From positions 35,286 through 99,285 of IMG/VR virus record IMGVR_UViG_2855946969_000005: a DNA stretch of 64,000 nt. One strand, 5' to 3'. Below are positions 19,119-27,261 of the stretch, in pieces. The translations under genes were made by a program, and so were the position numbers. This stretch comes from a virus (lineage: Duplodnaviria > Caudoviricetes). A model generated the notes under the pieces. It saw only the letters and a list, made by a program, of their open reading frames with translations, made no database searches and was not told the DNA's origin. Position 1 is the stretch's first letter. Every line of letters starts with the position of its first letter.

Positions 19119-19290
19119 GAGCAGCAGGGGGCGAAGGCGGACCGGGCCTGCAAGGAACCCGGCAATTCGGTCCGCACCTTTCTCGACAGATCTCGGCGCA
19201 TCCTACGGCCTGCAGATTGGGCGCAGGTCTATGCACGCCCTCAGGGCCGAAGCCCTTTCACCGTGTCGCCGCCTTCGACCACTACTGCTC
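19119..19290 (-). ncRNA. tRNA-shaped structured RNA, copy A (expanded)
   Basis: Long terminal stem GAGCAGTAGTGGTCGAAGGCGG/CCGCCTTCGCCCCCTGCTGCTC; UUCG hairpin inside the D-like loop; T-like arm GCCGGG...CCCGGT; 5' end homologous to copy B. Confidence 0.6.
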
Positions 19291-19296
19291 AGGGGC

Positions 19297-19326
19297 GAAC
19301 GTTACCAGAACGTCCGATCTCCGCAA
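19297..19326 (-). promoter_or_regulatory. sigma70 promoter overlapped by a LexA (SOS) box
   Basis: TTGCGG-16-TAACGT with extended TG; perfect GAAC-N7-GAAC at 19297-19311 covering the -10. Confidence 0.65.
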
Positions 19327-19399
19327 GCCGTAGCGCCCACGCATACAGCCCCGCACGAAAGGCGATCGGCGGTAGCGCGGGCATGACGGGATCCTTGGA

Positions 19400-19480
19400 T
19401 CAGGTGAGCGCTAGGACGCCCAGCAGCAGTGCGGCGCCCGCCGCGATCGGCAGGCAGATGGCCAGGGCGTCGGCGCGCAT
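19400..19480 (-). CDS. 26-aa hydrophobic peptide
   Basis: MRADALAICLPIAAGAALLLGVLALT after GAGG; single TM helix. Confidence 0.45.
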   Translation of the reverse strand: MRADALAICLPIAAGAALLLGVLALT

Positions 19481-19487
19481 CAGAGCC

Positions 19488-20354
19488 TCAGAGGATCGGG
19501 GCGTGCGTGCCGTCTTGCAGGACGTGCGTCGTCGCGCCGTTCCACTGGAACAGGTATTCGAGCGCGCCGCGGTACTTCTGATTGTCCACGATGTAGGAGA
19601 TGCCGGACGGATGCCAGATGCCGCCGTTCGGTGCCGGGATCCCCTCCCCGTTCAACTCTGCGCAGATCGAGCGAAGTGTGCGCTTCTCGCGCTTCACCGC
19701 CTTGTAGATCCGCTTCACGACTTTAGCCTGCTCGGGCACGACGACCAACTGGCGTTGGCCTTTGTCGCCGCCCTCGACCCGGTAGCCGTAGGGCGCCCTC
19801 CCCCCGGCGAAGCCGCCGCGGCCGGCCTTGTTCATCCGGCCGCCGGCTGTGCGATCCCGGATCGTGTAGCGCTCGTTCTCCGCCATGCCGGCGAAGATCG
19901 CGAAGAAGGTTCGGCCCATTGGGCTCGACGTGTCGATCACTGACTCGGTCACGGACCGGAACGCCACCTCGTGCTGCTCGGCCAGATCCGAGACCGTCGT
20001 GATCGCGTAGCGGATGTCGCGCGCCAGACGGTCGATCTTGTAGACGAGCAGGATCGAGAATGCCCGCGCCTCTGCCAACTCCATCACCCGGGCGAAGCCG
20101 GGGCGATCCGCCGGGCGTGTCGCACCGGAGAACCCGGGGTCGGTGATCGCCTCGACCACCTCGTAGCCCTGGCTCTCAGCGAAGGCGTGAACCGCGCGCT
20201 GCTGCGTCTCGAGGCCGGTGCCGCTGTTGGCCTGCTCATCGGTCGAAACGCGGAAGTAGGCGACGACCTTGGTGCGCTCGGCCGCCTTCTGGCTAGCTCG
20301 GACTTCCGTCCTAGCCTTGATCCGGGCTACCCGTTTGCTGCCAAAAGCGCCCAA
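19488..20354 (-). CDS. Serine recombinase (resolvase plus recombinase domain, no Zn ribbon)
   Basis: YFRVSTDEQ, DPGFSGA...RPG, VYKIDRLAR, ERYTIRDRT..GR, GGRAPYGY. Confidence 0.9.
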   Translation of the reverse strand: MGAFGSKRVARIKARTEVRASQKAAERTKVVAYFRVSTDEQANSGTGLETQQRAVHAFAESQGYEVVEAITDPGFSGATRPADRPGFARVMELAEARAFSILLVYKIDRLARDIRYAITTVSDLAEQHEVAFRSVTESVIDTSSPMGRTFFAIFAGMAENERYTIRDRTAGGRMNKAGRGGFAGGRAPYGYRVEGGDKGQRQLVVVPEQAKVVKRIYKAVKREKRTLRSICAELNGEGIPAPNGGIWHPSGISYIVDNQKYRGALEYLFQWNGATTHVLQDGTHAPIL

Positions 20355-20516
20355 AACGCTAACCCTACCAGAGCGTTAAGACCCCTAGGAAGCCGCTTTG
20401 TCCAAACTCTCACAAGAATTCGAACACGGCGATGCTTCGGGGTAGGGACGGCTGGTTAACAGATGGTTTACGCTGCGTCTCTGGCCGCGCTTGCGGGCCG
20501 CCCTGGGAGCCAATCG

Positions 20517-21232
20517 TGTCGCGCCTGAAGCTCTATCGCGCCATCGGTGTGAAGCCCGTCGCCTCGCCGATCACGGCGATCCGCGCCGAACTCCGGAGGT
20601 ACGACCGCAAGCGGACGTGCCGAGCCCGCGCGATCCTCATACCCGTCACAGAGCCCCGGGGGCCCGGCTCGGGGGCGCACGCCGGACGCCACATGCAGCT
20701 GAAGCTCAGCGCCCAAGCCTTCCTGAGAGGGCAGGGGAAGCTCGACGTCACCCTGGAGCAGGACGACCGAGGCCGCGTCTATGACGTCGCAGCCACGTGC
20801 GAGCGGGTGGCGGTCGAGGTCGGCCAGACCCAGGTGTCGAAGCTACTCAGCATCGCCCAGGATGGCGTGCTTGCCATCTGGCTCCCGTACCGCCCCGAAG
20901 GCGACTATCAGGTCGGCGATCTCGCTCAGGCCGTGGCGCTGACAAGCCCGCGCGTCCGAGCGACCAAGAAAAACACTCCAGGGGCGATTGCCGTTCACAT
21001 CGAGCAGAGGCGCACCCTTGCAAGGGCGTACGCTGTCATACTGGAGACCAATTCTGTGGACGCCTACCTAGCTGAGCTGAATTTGTTCAAGAAGCCCCGA
21101 CTCCGAGAGCATGAAGAGTTCGCAACGAACTGCCTCAAACTGCCGGAACCCATTCCCGACGACGAGCCAGAGGTCCAACGAGAAATCGAAGTCGACTGGG
21201 CGGGCCTAAAGAAGGCCTTCCCCTTCATGTGA
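20517..21232 (+). CDS. Hypothetical protein, possible PD-(D/E)XK-like nuclease
   Basis: H..LK...YDVAA....VAVEVG pattern; start uncertain (20432, 20517 or 20693). Confidence 0.45.
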
Positions 21233-21241
21233 GGGTCCGAC

Positions 21242-21662
21242 CTACGCCGCGCTCGCCAGCCCGATCGTCCCCGCGATCCGCCGATGCGGCGCCCGGACCT
21301 CGGCCTTGGCCACGTGCCCCGCCCGCTTCGGCCCGAAGTTGGCGAACACGTCCTGCGCGCGGAAGGTCCCGCGCTCGGCCGGGTCGTCGCGGCGCGCCAC
21401 CTCGTTCGCCCGGCGTCGCATGGCGCGGGCGAGATCGAGCTTGGCGTGGACGGGCTCGGCTGGGTCCGTGTTGCTGGCGAGGGCGAGCGCCTCGACCTGG
21501 TCGGCGAAAGCGCGGAGCTCGGCGACGTAGTCGAAGCGGCGCTTCAGGGGAGGGGCCACGTGCGGGCTCCGGTTTCCAGTGACAAAGGCGTTGGCAAGGC
21601 CGGACCCCAACTCGGCTATCGCACCCGCCCTTCGCCGATGCGAGTAGCGGGGTTTGATCATG
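21242..21662 (-). CDS. Hypothetical protein
   Basis: Helical protein-like C-terminal part RFDYVAELRAFADQVE; start uncertain. Confidence 0.4.
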
Positions 21663-21880
21663 CGGAGAGACGCGCGAGATCCGCCGGGGCCTGAGGGCTC
21701 GCCGGGGCGCATCATCATCCGCCAAGGTACTGAGGGTGCGTTTACAGACTTCTTGCCAAGATGGACGCGCAGTTCGCGCGAATAGCATGCGGCACCGAAC
21801 GACGCCTCGCCAGTGCTAAACTCGACTGCTTTGGAGGGGAGCAGAGCCCAGCAGCCCGCGCCAGCGAAGTACGCTAGACG

Positions 21881-21916
21881 CACAAAAGGCCCCCGCGTTT
21901 CCTTGGGAGCCCTTGT
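21881..21916 (-). terminator. Rho-independent terminator of a short minus-strand transcript
   Basis: AAGGGCTCCC...GGGGCC-TTTTG; TTGACC about 45 nt upstream of the stem. Confidence 0.5.
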
Positions 21917-22031
21917 TGAGCCGCTATGGAAACGTGTGTGCCAAATTCCAAGCCCGAGGTCAACAGCCATGGCGGGCCGCCATCGCGGCCGGCGCGCCCG
22001 CGAGAAAGAGGAGAAGACCGCGCCTGAGTGG

Positions 22032-22063
22032 TTGATATCAGCCCAGGAGAACGTACTATGAAC
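22032..22063 (+). promoter_or_regulatory. tnpB promoter with LexA box; leaderless transcript
   Basis: TTGATA-16-TACTAT; perfect GAAC-N7-GAAC at 22049-22063; GTG start 6 nt after the -10. Confidence 0.7.
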
Positions 22064-22065
22064 GC

Positions 22066-23205
22066 GTGAGCATCGTTTGTGCGCATCAATATCGGATCTA
22101 CCCGACGAAAGAGCAGGCCGACCTGCTCACGAGAACGTTCGGGTGTGCCCGCCTTGTATACAACATGGCTCTTGAGCATTGGCGAGATGCTCATAAGGCG
22201 GAGCAGCGACTTATCCCCTTCCGCGAGCTAAGTGCGATGTTGCCGACGTGGAAAGGCAAGCTGCCGTTCCTCAAAGAGGTATCGTCGGTCCCATTGCAGC
22301 AGGCAATTCGCCATCTAAATGAAGCCATAGGCAATTTCTTCCAGAAGCGAGGCAAATACCCTTCTTTCAAGAGCAAAAGCGGTCATCAGTCTGCGACATT
22401 CATGCGGAACGCGTTCAAGATTGCCGATGGCGATTTGACGCTTGCGAAGATGCCCCACCCGCTGCGCGTTGTTTGGAGCCGCCCACTTCTGGGGCACCCG
22501 TCGACCGTGACGATCACGAAAGATCCTGCAGGAAGGTGGTTCGCTTCACTACAATTTGAGTGCGCCCATAAAGTCGTTCCTGCGCCGAGCAATGCCGCAA
22601 TTGGTGTCGATGTCGGGCTTATTGATATTGCTGTGACGAGTTGCGGCAAGCGGTATAAGGCCCCGCGGTATCTCAGTCAGCGGCTGCATTCGCTTAAAAG
22701 GGCCCAGCGTGCTCTAGCAAGAAAAAAGAACGGCAGCAGAAATCGGGAAAAAGCAAAGCAGCGCGTCGCACGGCTGCATTCCAAGGTGGCTGACCAAAGG
22801 AGAGATTTTACCCATAAGCTTTCGACTAACCTGATCCGCGATAACCAAGCGATCTATGTAGAGGATTTGGACGTTGGCCCGTTGGGTAGAACGTTCCTGG
22901 CTCGCGCAATCTATGATGCAGGCTGGGGCATGCTCAGGCGGCAGCTAAAGTACAAAGCCTCTTGGTACGGCAGGTCTCTGATAAAGGTCCCGAAGCATTA
23001 CCCTAGCACTAGGAAGTGCTCCAACTGCGGCATCATTGGCCAGAAGAAACCCTTGCCCGTTCGGACTTGGACATGCCATGGCTGCGGCGCAGAGCATGAT
23101 CGGGATATGAATGCTGCAATAAATATTTTGGCCGCGGGGCACGCGGTGTCTGCCTGTGGAGAAGTCTTAAGTCCTGTTCCAGAAATGGATAGGCAGCCTT
23201 CGTGA
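22066..23205 (+). CDS. tnpB: TnpB RNA-guided nuclease (IS200/IS605 type, no tnpA)
   Basis: YRIYPTKEQ...FGCARLVYN; RuvC-I GVDVG, RuvC-II VEDL, CxxC/CxxC, RuvC-III HDRD.NAA.NI. All three acidic residues are present. Confidence 0.95.
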   Translation: MSIVCAHQYRIYPTKEQADLLTRTFGCARLVYNMALEHWRDAHKAEQRLIPFRELSAMLPTWKGKLPFLKEVSSVPLQQAIRHLNEAIGNFFQKRGKYPSFKSKSGHQSATFMRNAFKIADGDLTLAKMPHPLRVVWSRPLLGHPSTVTITKDPAGRWFASLQFECAHKVVPAPSNAAIGVDVGLIDIAVTSCGKRYKAPRYLSQRLHSLKRAQRALARKKNGSRNREKAKQRVARLHSKVADQRRDFTHKLSTNLIRDNQAIYVEDLDVGPLGRTFLARAIYDAGWGMLRRQLKYKASWYGRSLIKVPKHYPSTRKCSNCGIIGQKKPLPVRTWTCHGCGAEHDRDMNAAINILAAGHAVSACGEVLSPVPEMDRQPS

Positions 23206-23289
23206 AGCAGGAACCTGTGAAGCAATTCATAGGATCGCATGGGCGATTCAGCCCTTGAGAACATGCCAAGGGCGTCTCGTGAGTCTTGC
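23131..23289 (+). ncRNA. TnpB omegaRNA/reRNA scaffold plus putative guide
   Basis: GCCGCGGGGCACGCGGT..GCCTGTGGA...GAAGCAGGAA scaffold typical of IS605 right ends; GGGC-GATTCA-GCCC hairpin; ends ATGCCAA at 23269 (canonical ATGTCAA); guide about 23270-23289. Confidence 0.65.
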
Positions 23290-23291
23290 CC

Positions 23292-23390
23292 CTACAAATA
23301 CAAGGACCCAATCCATCTTACCGTCCCGTAAGCCGCCGCCGCGAAGGCGTAGGGCAGGCAGTCGATCCAGCATTTGAGGGGGACGGTCAC
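23292..23390 (-). CDS. Small hydrophobic protein
   Basis: MTVPLKCWIDCLPYAFAAAAYGTVRWIGSLYL; GTGA overlap with the upstream gene. Confidence 0.35.
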   Translation of the reverse strand: MTVPLKCWIDCLPYAFAAAAYGTVRWIGSLYL

Positions 23391-23764
23391 GTCGGCGCGT
23401 GCTCGCTGATCTTCACGTCGAGCGCCGCAAAGCGCCCGAGTTCGCCGAACACCCGCACCTTGATCGCCTCGCGCGGGCCCGGCGCCATGACACCGAGGGA
23501 GAGAGGCGAAAGGAACTGGTAGTCCCAGCGCGGATCCTCGTGGACGCTCGCGCTCGCGCAGCCGACGAAGGTGGAGCCGGACCAGATCTCGACCCGGCCG
23601 GGATCGGCCGCGGGATCGATCTGGATCGGGAATCGGCCGGTGAAGCCGATGCGGACGAAGAAGGTGGCTGCCGGACGTGGCGGGGCTGCGGCCGCGCGGG
23701 CGAGCGCCGGTGCGGCGAGCGCGCCGGCACCGAGACCAAGGAGGGCGCGACGGGCGAGGATCAC
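23387..23764 (-). CDS. Tat-signal secreted protein
   Basis: ARRALLGLGAGALAAPALARA. Confidence 0.6.
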   Translation of the reverse strand: MILARRALLGLGAGALAAPALARAAAAPPRPAATFFVRIGFTGRFPIQIDPAADPGRVEIWSGSTFVGCASASVHEDPRWDYQFLSPLSLGVMAPGPREAIKVRVFGELGRFAALDVKISEHAPT

Positions 23765-24024
23765 GCCCGCCCTCCCCCGAGCGCCGGGCGCAGGGCTTCG
23801 GGCCGCAGTGGGACCTCAGCCGCGATGCGGGCCAGGATGTCGGGGTGCGCGTGGATCGCGTCACCGAAGACGATCACTTGGGGGCTCGCCCGCTGCACGG
23901 GACGGATGCGCTGGGGATGACCCTGCCGCCGACGGCGCGACGCGCGAGAGGGCGAGCGCACCTCGGACCAGTCCTCCGCGGTCTCGGTGAGGAACGGGGA
24001 CGGCATGAGGCGCATGCCGAACAT
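23761..24024 (-). CDS. Hypothetical protein
   Basis: EDWSEVRSPSRASRRRRQGHPQRI motif; coupled at both ends. Confidence 0.55.
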   Translation of the reverse strand: MFGMRLMPSPFLTETAEDWSEVRSPSRASRRRRQGHPQRIRPVQRASPQVIVFGDAIHAHPDILARIAAEVPLRPEALRPALGGGRA

Positions 24025-24956
24025 CAGGCGGCCGCCGCGTAGACAGCCGGATCAATGTGCCGGACCGGCTCCGGCGTGCGCTTGCGCGGCGGCAGGGTGG
24101 CGACCTTCGCGGGGGCGAGATCGTCGTTCATCGGTACGAGGCTCGGGCGCACGGTGGCGGGCTCGGTCGGGCCCGAGAGCCAGGGCGCGGCCGGCGCGCG
24201 GGGCGGCGTCACCTTGAGCGAGGTGAGGTGGCCGAGCCGGTCCGCGAGGTAGCAGAGCGCGGCGTGCTCGGTGGCGTAGCGGGCGCGGTCCTCGGCGACG
24301 TCGTTGTGATCGCGTCCCCAGACCAGGCGGCAGTAGAGGCCGGCGTCGCGGGCATCGCCCTTGGACGCGGCGCGCTGCGGCGCGGTGAGGAAGAGGGGAT
24401 GCCCCTGCGCATCCACGCCGGCCGGCGTCGAGACCATGCGCCAGAGCACGACCTTGCCGTTGGGGCCGATCTCCTGTTCGCAGTGGACGGTCTCGTCCAA
24501 GCTCGGGCGCTTGCCCTTTACGGCATGTGTGATGAGCCAGCCGCAGGCCTCGAGCACCGCGTTGTAGGCGATCTGGTTGGCCCGGGTTTCCCGGCCGAGC
24601 CGGTAGCCGATCCGGTAGCCGTCGAGGTTGAGCGGGAGCGGCTCCCGCGCCTCGGCCGCCCGCTTGATCGCGGCGTCGAGCGCCAGGATCTCCGCCTCGA
24701 TCAGGAGCGCGTCGGGATGGGGGTCGCCCATGGCGAGCGGCATGCCGGGCTCGCGAGACCAGCAATCGATGCGACCGCCGAAGATCCCGCCCCGCCACAT
24801 CGGGTGCATGGAGGCGGTGGGCGGGGCCTTGATCGGCTGATCGCGGCGGCGCTTGGGCAACTCGTCCCGGAGGCACCACCGCAGGACTTCCTCCACCGGC
24901 AGCGCACGGCGCGCCCGGCCCTCAGCGGTGAAGGTGTTCGGCGCCGACGTGAGCAT
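24024..24956 (-). CDS. Conserved prophage protein, candidate late regulator/antiterminator
   Basis: VEEVLRWCLRDELPK...PHPDALLIEA; sits at the early/late junction. Function is inferred from position only. Confidence 0.5.
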   Translation of the reverse strand: MLTSAPNTFTAEGRARRALPVEEVLRWCLRDELPKRRRDQPIKAPPTASMHPMWRGGIFGGRIDCWSREPGMPLAMGDPHPDALLIEAEILALDAAIKRAAEAREPLPLNLDGYRIGYRLGRETRANQIAYNAVLEACGWLITHAVKGKRPSLDETVHCEQEIGPNGKVVLWRMVSTPAGVDAQGHPLFLTAPQRAASKGDARDAGLYCRLVWGRDHNDVAEDRARYATEHAALCYLADRLGHLTSLKVTPPRAPAAPWLSGPTEPATVRPSLVPMNDDLAPAKVATLPPRKRTPEPVRHIDPAVYAAAA

Positions 24957-24989
24957 GGTGGGGACTCCCGATGTGCGCGTCCGGTCCGA

Positions 24990-25004
24990 GAACGGAGCGG
25001 AAAC
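24990..25004 (-). promoter_or_regulatory. Near-consensus LexA box
   Basis: GAAC-N7-AAAC, 34 nt upstream of the 24956 start; TTGACA at 25044-25039. Confidence 0.45.
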
Positions 25005-25040
25005 ATCGGTCTCTTCACTCAGGCCCGATCAATCTCACTG

Positions 25041-25457
25041 TCAAGCGGCTTCACGGTGCTGCGACAAGAAATTCTTGAGGTCCGCCGCGTTCTTAGCTGC
25101 GGTGATCCGCTCGCAGGCGCGCTTGCGGCGGCGGTGGAAGGTCGCGGGGCTCCACCGGTCCCCTTTTCGGCTGCACCACTCGGCGATCGAACCCTCAGCG
25201 CGACCGCCCTCCGCCATGATCCGGGCCCAGGTCACGACCGCGAGGAGATCGTCGCTGCCCTTGCCGAGCACCGTCCGAGCGAAGGCCAAGATGTCGAAGG
25301 TCGACGAGGGCTGGTTCGGATTCACAGCGATCAGCGCATTCCCCGCGGAGGCGATCAGCGCCGTCTCCCGCAGCGCCCGCATGGGGATGACCAGCCATCG
25401 CTCGACATCGCGAACGGTCCAGGGAGCGGGAGGTGCCAGTCCGGTCGGGGCGGGCAT
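25041..25457 (-). CDS. Hypothetical protein, possible C-terminal HTH
   Basis: WTVRDVERWLV...SIAEWC...WSPATFHRRRKRAC.RI. Confidence 0.55.
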   Translation of the reverse strand: MPAPTGLAPPAPWTVRDVERWLVIPMRALRETALIASAGNALIAVNPNQPSSTFDILAFARTVLGKGSDDLLAVVTWARIMAEGGRAEGSIAEWCSRKGDRWSPATFHRRRKRACERITAAKNAADLKNFLSQHREAA

Positions 25458-25511
25458 GGTGGGGAAGGCGGGGGACTCTCGGGTTGGGGGAGCGAGCCGC
25501 GGTTGGCTCGG

Positions 25512-25715
25512 CTAGGGGCTGGGCTCCACGTGGAGGAACAGCATCGTGGAGATGATGAGCAGCGTCCCGAACGCGTAGGACGCCGGGATGTCGCGCCAGT
25601 CCCGTGGGATCCGCCCTGCGACCTGCATGAACAGGCGCGTCGCCGTGACGGACGTGGCCATGGCCGACACGAGCATGGCGGCGAACAGGATCCAGCCGGG
25701 GAGCGTCTGGGGCAT
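25512..25715 (-). CDS. Small two-TM membrane protein
   Basis: Two hydrophobic helices. Confidence 0.45.
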   Translation of the reverse strand: MPQTLPGWILFAAMLVSAMATSVTATRLFMQVAGRIPRDWRDIPASYAFGTLLIISTMLFLHVEPSP

Positions 25716-25719
25716 CGGC

Positions 25720-26067
25720 CTACCCCTCCCCTGCCCCGTTAGCTGTGGCGTTGAAGCGTCCGCGCGCCCGCCAGCCATCCACGAAGCCTGCCCGCCACGT
25801 CGCCTCGGCGAAGGTCGGGATCCGGTGGCGCTCGCCGAAGGCCCGAACATCGGGCGGGCACCGAAGCTCGGAGAGGCACGACAGCGCCGCGACGCCGGCC
25901 GCGCGATCCTCCGCATCAAGGCGTTCCTCCCGTTCCCGCAGGACGTCCGGGTTCGACAGGAACAGCGCCTTGTTGCGGAGGTCTCGGTTCTCCCGCCGGA
26001 GCGCCAGGATCTCGCTGCGCATCTGCGCGGGCGTCAGCAGCTCGGTGTCGTCTGTGACGTGGCTCAT
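25720..26067 (-). CDS. Hypothetical protein
   Basis: Coiled-coil segment; ATGA coupling. Confidence 0.5.
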   Translation of the reverse strand: MSHVTDDTELLTPAQMRSEILALRRENRDLRNKALFLSNPDVLREREERLDAEDRAAGVAALSCLSELRCPPDVRAFGERHRIPTFAEATWRAGFVDGWRARGRFNATANGAGEG

Positions 26068-26450
26068 GGCGCCTTCCCCTCCACCGCGTAGATCACTGAG
26101 ACGCCAGCTGCGTCGGCCTGCTTAGTCATGTCGGTCGTGCCCTCGCCCCAGCGTCCGTTAGCCCGCGGGAACGCGAAGACGATCTCCGGCTGCACGACCT
26201 CAAGCATCCGTCCGTTCCGGTACGGGCCGCCGGGCTTTCCACGCCCCTCCCAGTTCGGCGGGAAGGCGATCCGGTCGATCCCGCGCTTCATCGCCCACTG
26301 GTCGCCCATGAGATCGGCACCGCCGGGGCGGTGGGTGTCGAGGCCTGTCACGACCAGGGTGATTGGGCGGCGTGCATGATGCGCGTCGAGGAACGCCCAG
26401 GCGCGGTGGAACAGGGTGAAGTCGCGACCGCCGCAGATCAGGGCGCGCAT
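26064..26450 (-). CDS. SLOG/YspA-like protein (DUF2493)
   Basis: MRALICGGRDF...GAD....WA...G.PGGPYRN..ML...GT.DM. Confidence 0.85.
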   Translation of the reverse strand: MRALICGGRDFTLFHRAWAFLDAHHARRPITLVVTGLDTHRPGGADLMGDQWAMKRGIDRIAFPPNWEGRGKPGGPYRNGRMLEVVQPEIVFAFPRANGRWGEGTTDMTKQADAAGVSVIYAVEGKAP

Positions 26451-26701
26451 ATGGTCGCCTCCGCGGTGGGCTGTCGCAGAGGCAGCGATCCTGTTTCGAC
26501 GAAGTGCTGAAGCAGCGGCACGAGCGCCGCGGCCATCTCCTGCGTGAGGTGCGCACGAGAGCCCTCGCCCTCGTCGCACCCGAGCCAAATGCACGCCTCC
26601 TCCGCGAGGCTGCTTTCTTGGATGGAACAGCTCCGCTGGTAGCGGTCGAGAAAGCGCCCGACCGCGAACCCGCGCGAGGTGGTCGCGAGTTCGATAATCA
26701 C
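26438..26701 (-). CDS. Hypothetical phage protein
   Basis: TSRGF..GRF.DRY...CSIQESSLA...IWLG...HLT.E...L.P.L..F..TG. Confidence 0.6.
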   Translation of the reverse strand: MIIELATTSRGFAVGRFLDRYQRSCSIQESSLAEEACIWLGCDEGEGSRAHLTQEMAAALVPLLQHFVETGSLPLRQPTAEATICAP

Positions 26702-27261
26702 GCGCCCTCCCCCTTCCATCCCCGCGCCGCGGCCGCCGCGCGCAGCACGACCTTCGCCGGCTCGTACTTCGCGAGGAGCCGGGCCCGGGTCGCTTCATCC
26801 AACAGCGCCAGCCGGTCCGGATCCGAGTTGACCTCGACGTCCGCGAGCTTGACCAAGATGCAGTGGAGCGGCGCCTTCGCACCGATGCTCGCGATCCACT
26901 CCGCGTAGGGGCGCGTATCCCCGCGCTGGCGCGTCAGCCATTCCACGCCCGTGACGACGATCAGGCTGAAGCCCTCGGCCCGGAGGTGATTGCCGTCGTA
27001 GGGGGCGTCCTCGATGACGTCGTGAAGCCACGCGATTTGCATGGCCTCATCGAAATCCACTCCGCGCCAGCTCCGGGGCGCGAACTCTACCAAGACCTCA
27101 AGAACCCGGGTCAGGTGGCGCGCGTACGGGTGTCCGGCCTTGTCGGTCTGGCCGCAGTGGGCGTGCAGGGCGAAGGTGCGGGCGTCCTGCTCTGTCCGCC
27201 GGAAGCGGGGAAGGACAAGCGCTGGGCCGAGCGGGCCATGGTCGATCGGGGCGGGCTTCAT
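26698..27261 (-). CDS. HD-domain hydrolase (SpoT/Mesh1-like small alarmone hydrolase family)
   Basis: AH.GQTDKAGHPY..H..RV, AWLHDVIED, VKLAD. Confidence 0.8.
   Translation of the reverse strand: MKPAPIDHGPLGPALVLPRFRRTEQDARTFALHAHCGQTDKAGHPYARHLTRVLEVLVEFAPRSWRGVDFDEAMQIAWLHDVIEDAPYDGNHLRAEGFSLIVVTGVEWLTRQRGDTRPYAEWIASIGAKAPLHCILVKLADVEVNSDPDRLALLDEATRARLLAKYEPAKVVLRAAAAARGWKGEGA

Noticed and set aside
15570-19480. Lysis cassette
   Set aside because: No endolysin motif or spanin lipobox pair was recognised; lysis genes probably lie outside the window.
19488-23205. Serine recombinase plus TnpB as an IS607 element
   Set aside because: They are 1.7 kb apart and divergent, with other genes between. 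The recombinase lacks the N-terminal HTH of IS607 TnpA, and the TnpB and its right end are IS605-type.
22066-23205. Nuclease-dead TldR, or Cas12f with a CRISPR array
   Set aside because: The D-E-D triad is intact, and no repeat-spacer array was seen anywhere in the window.
23270-23289. Self-targets of the TnpB guide (10-nt matches near 7294-7303 in the capsid gene and at 32921-32930 in the ISL3 transposase)
   Set aside because: 10-nt GC-rich matches are expected by chance, and no consistent TAM is evident.
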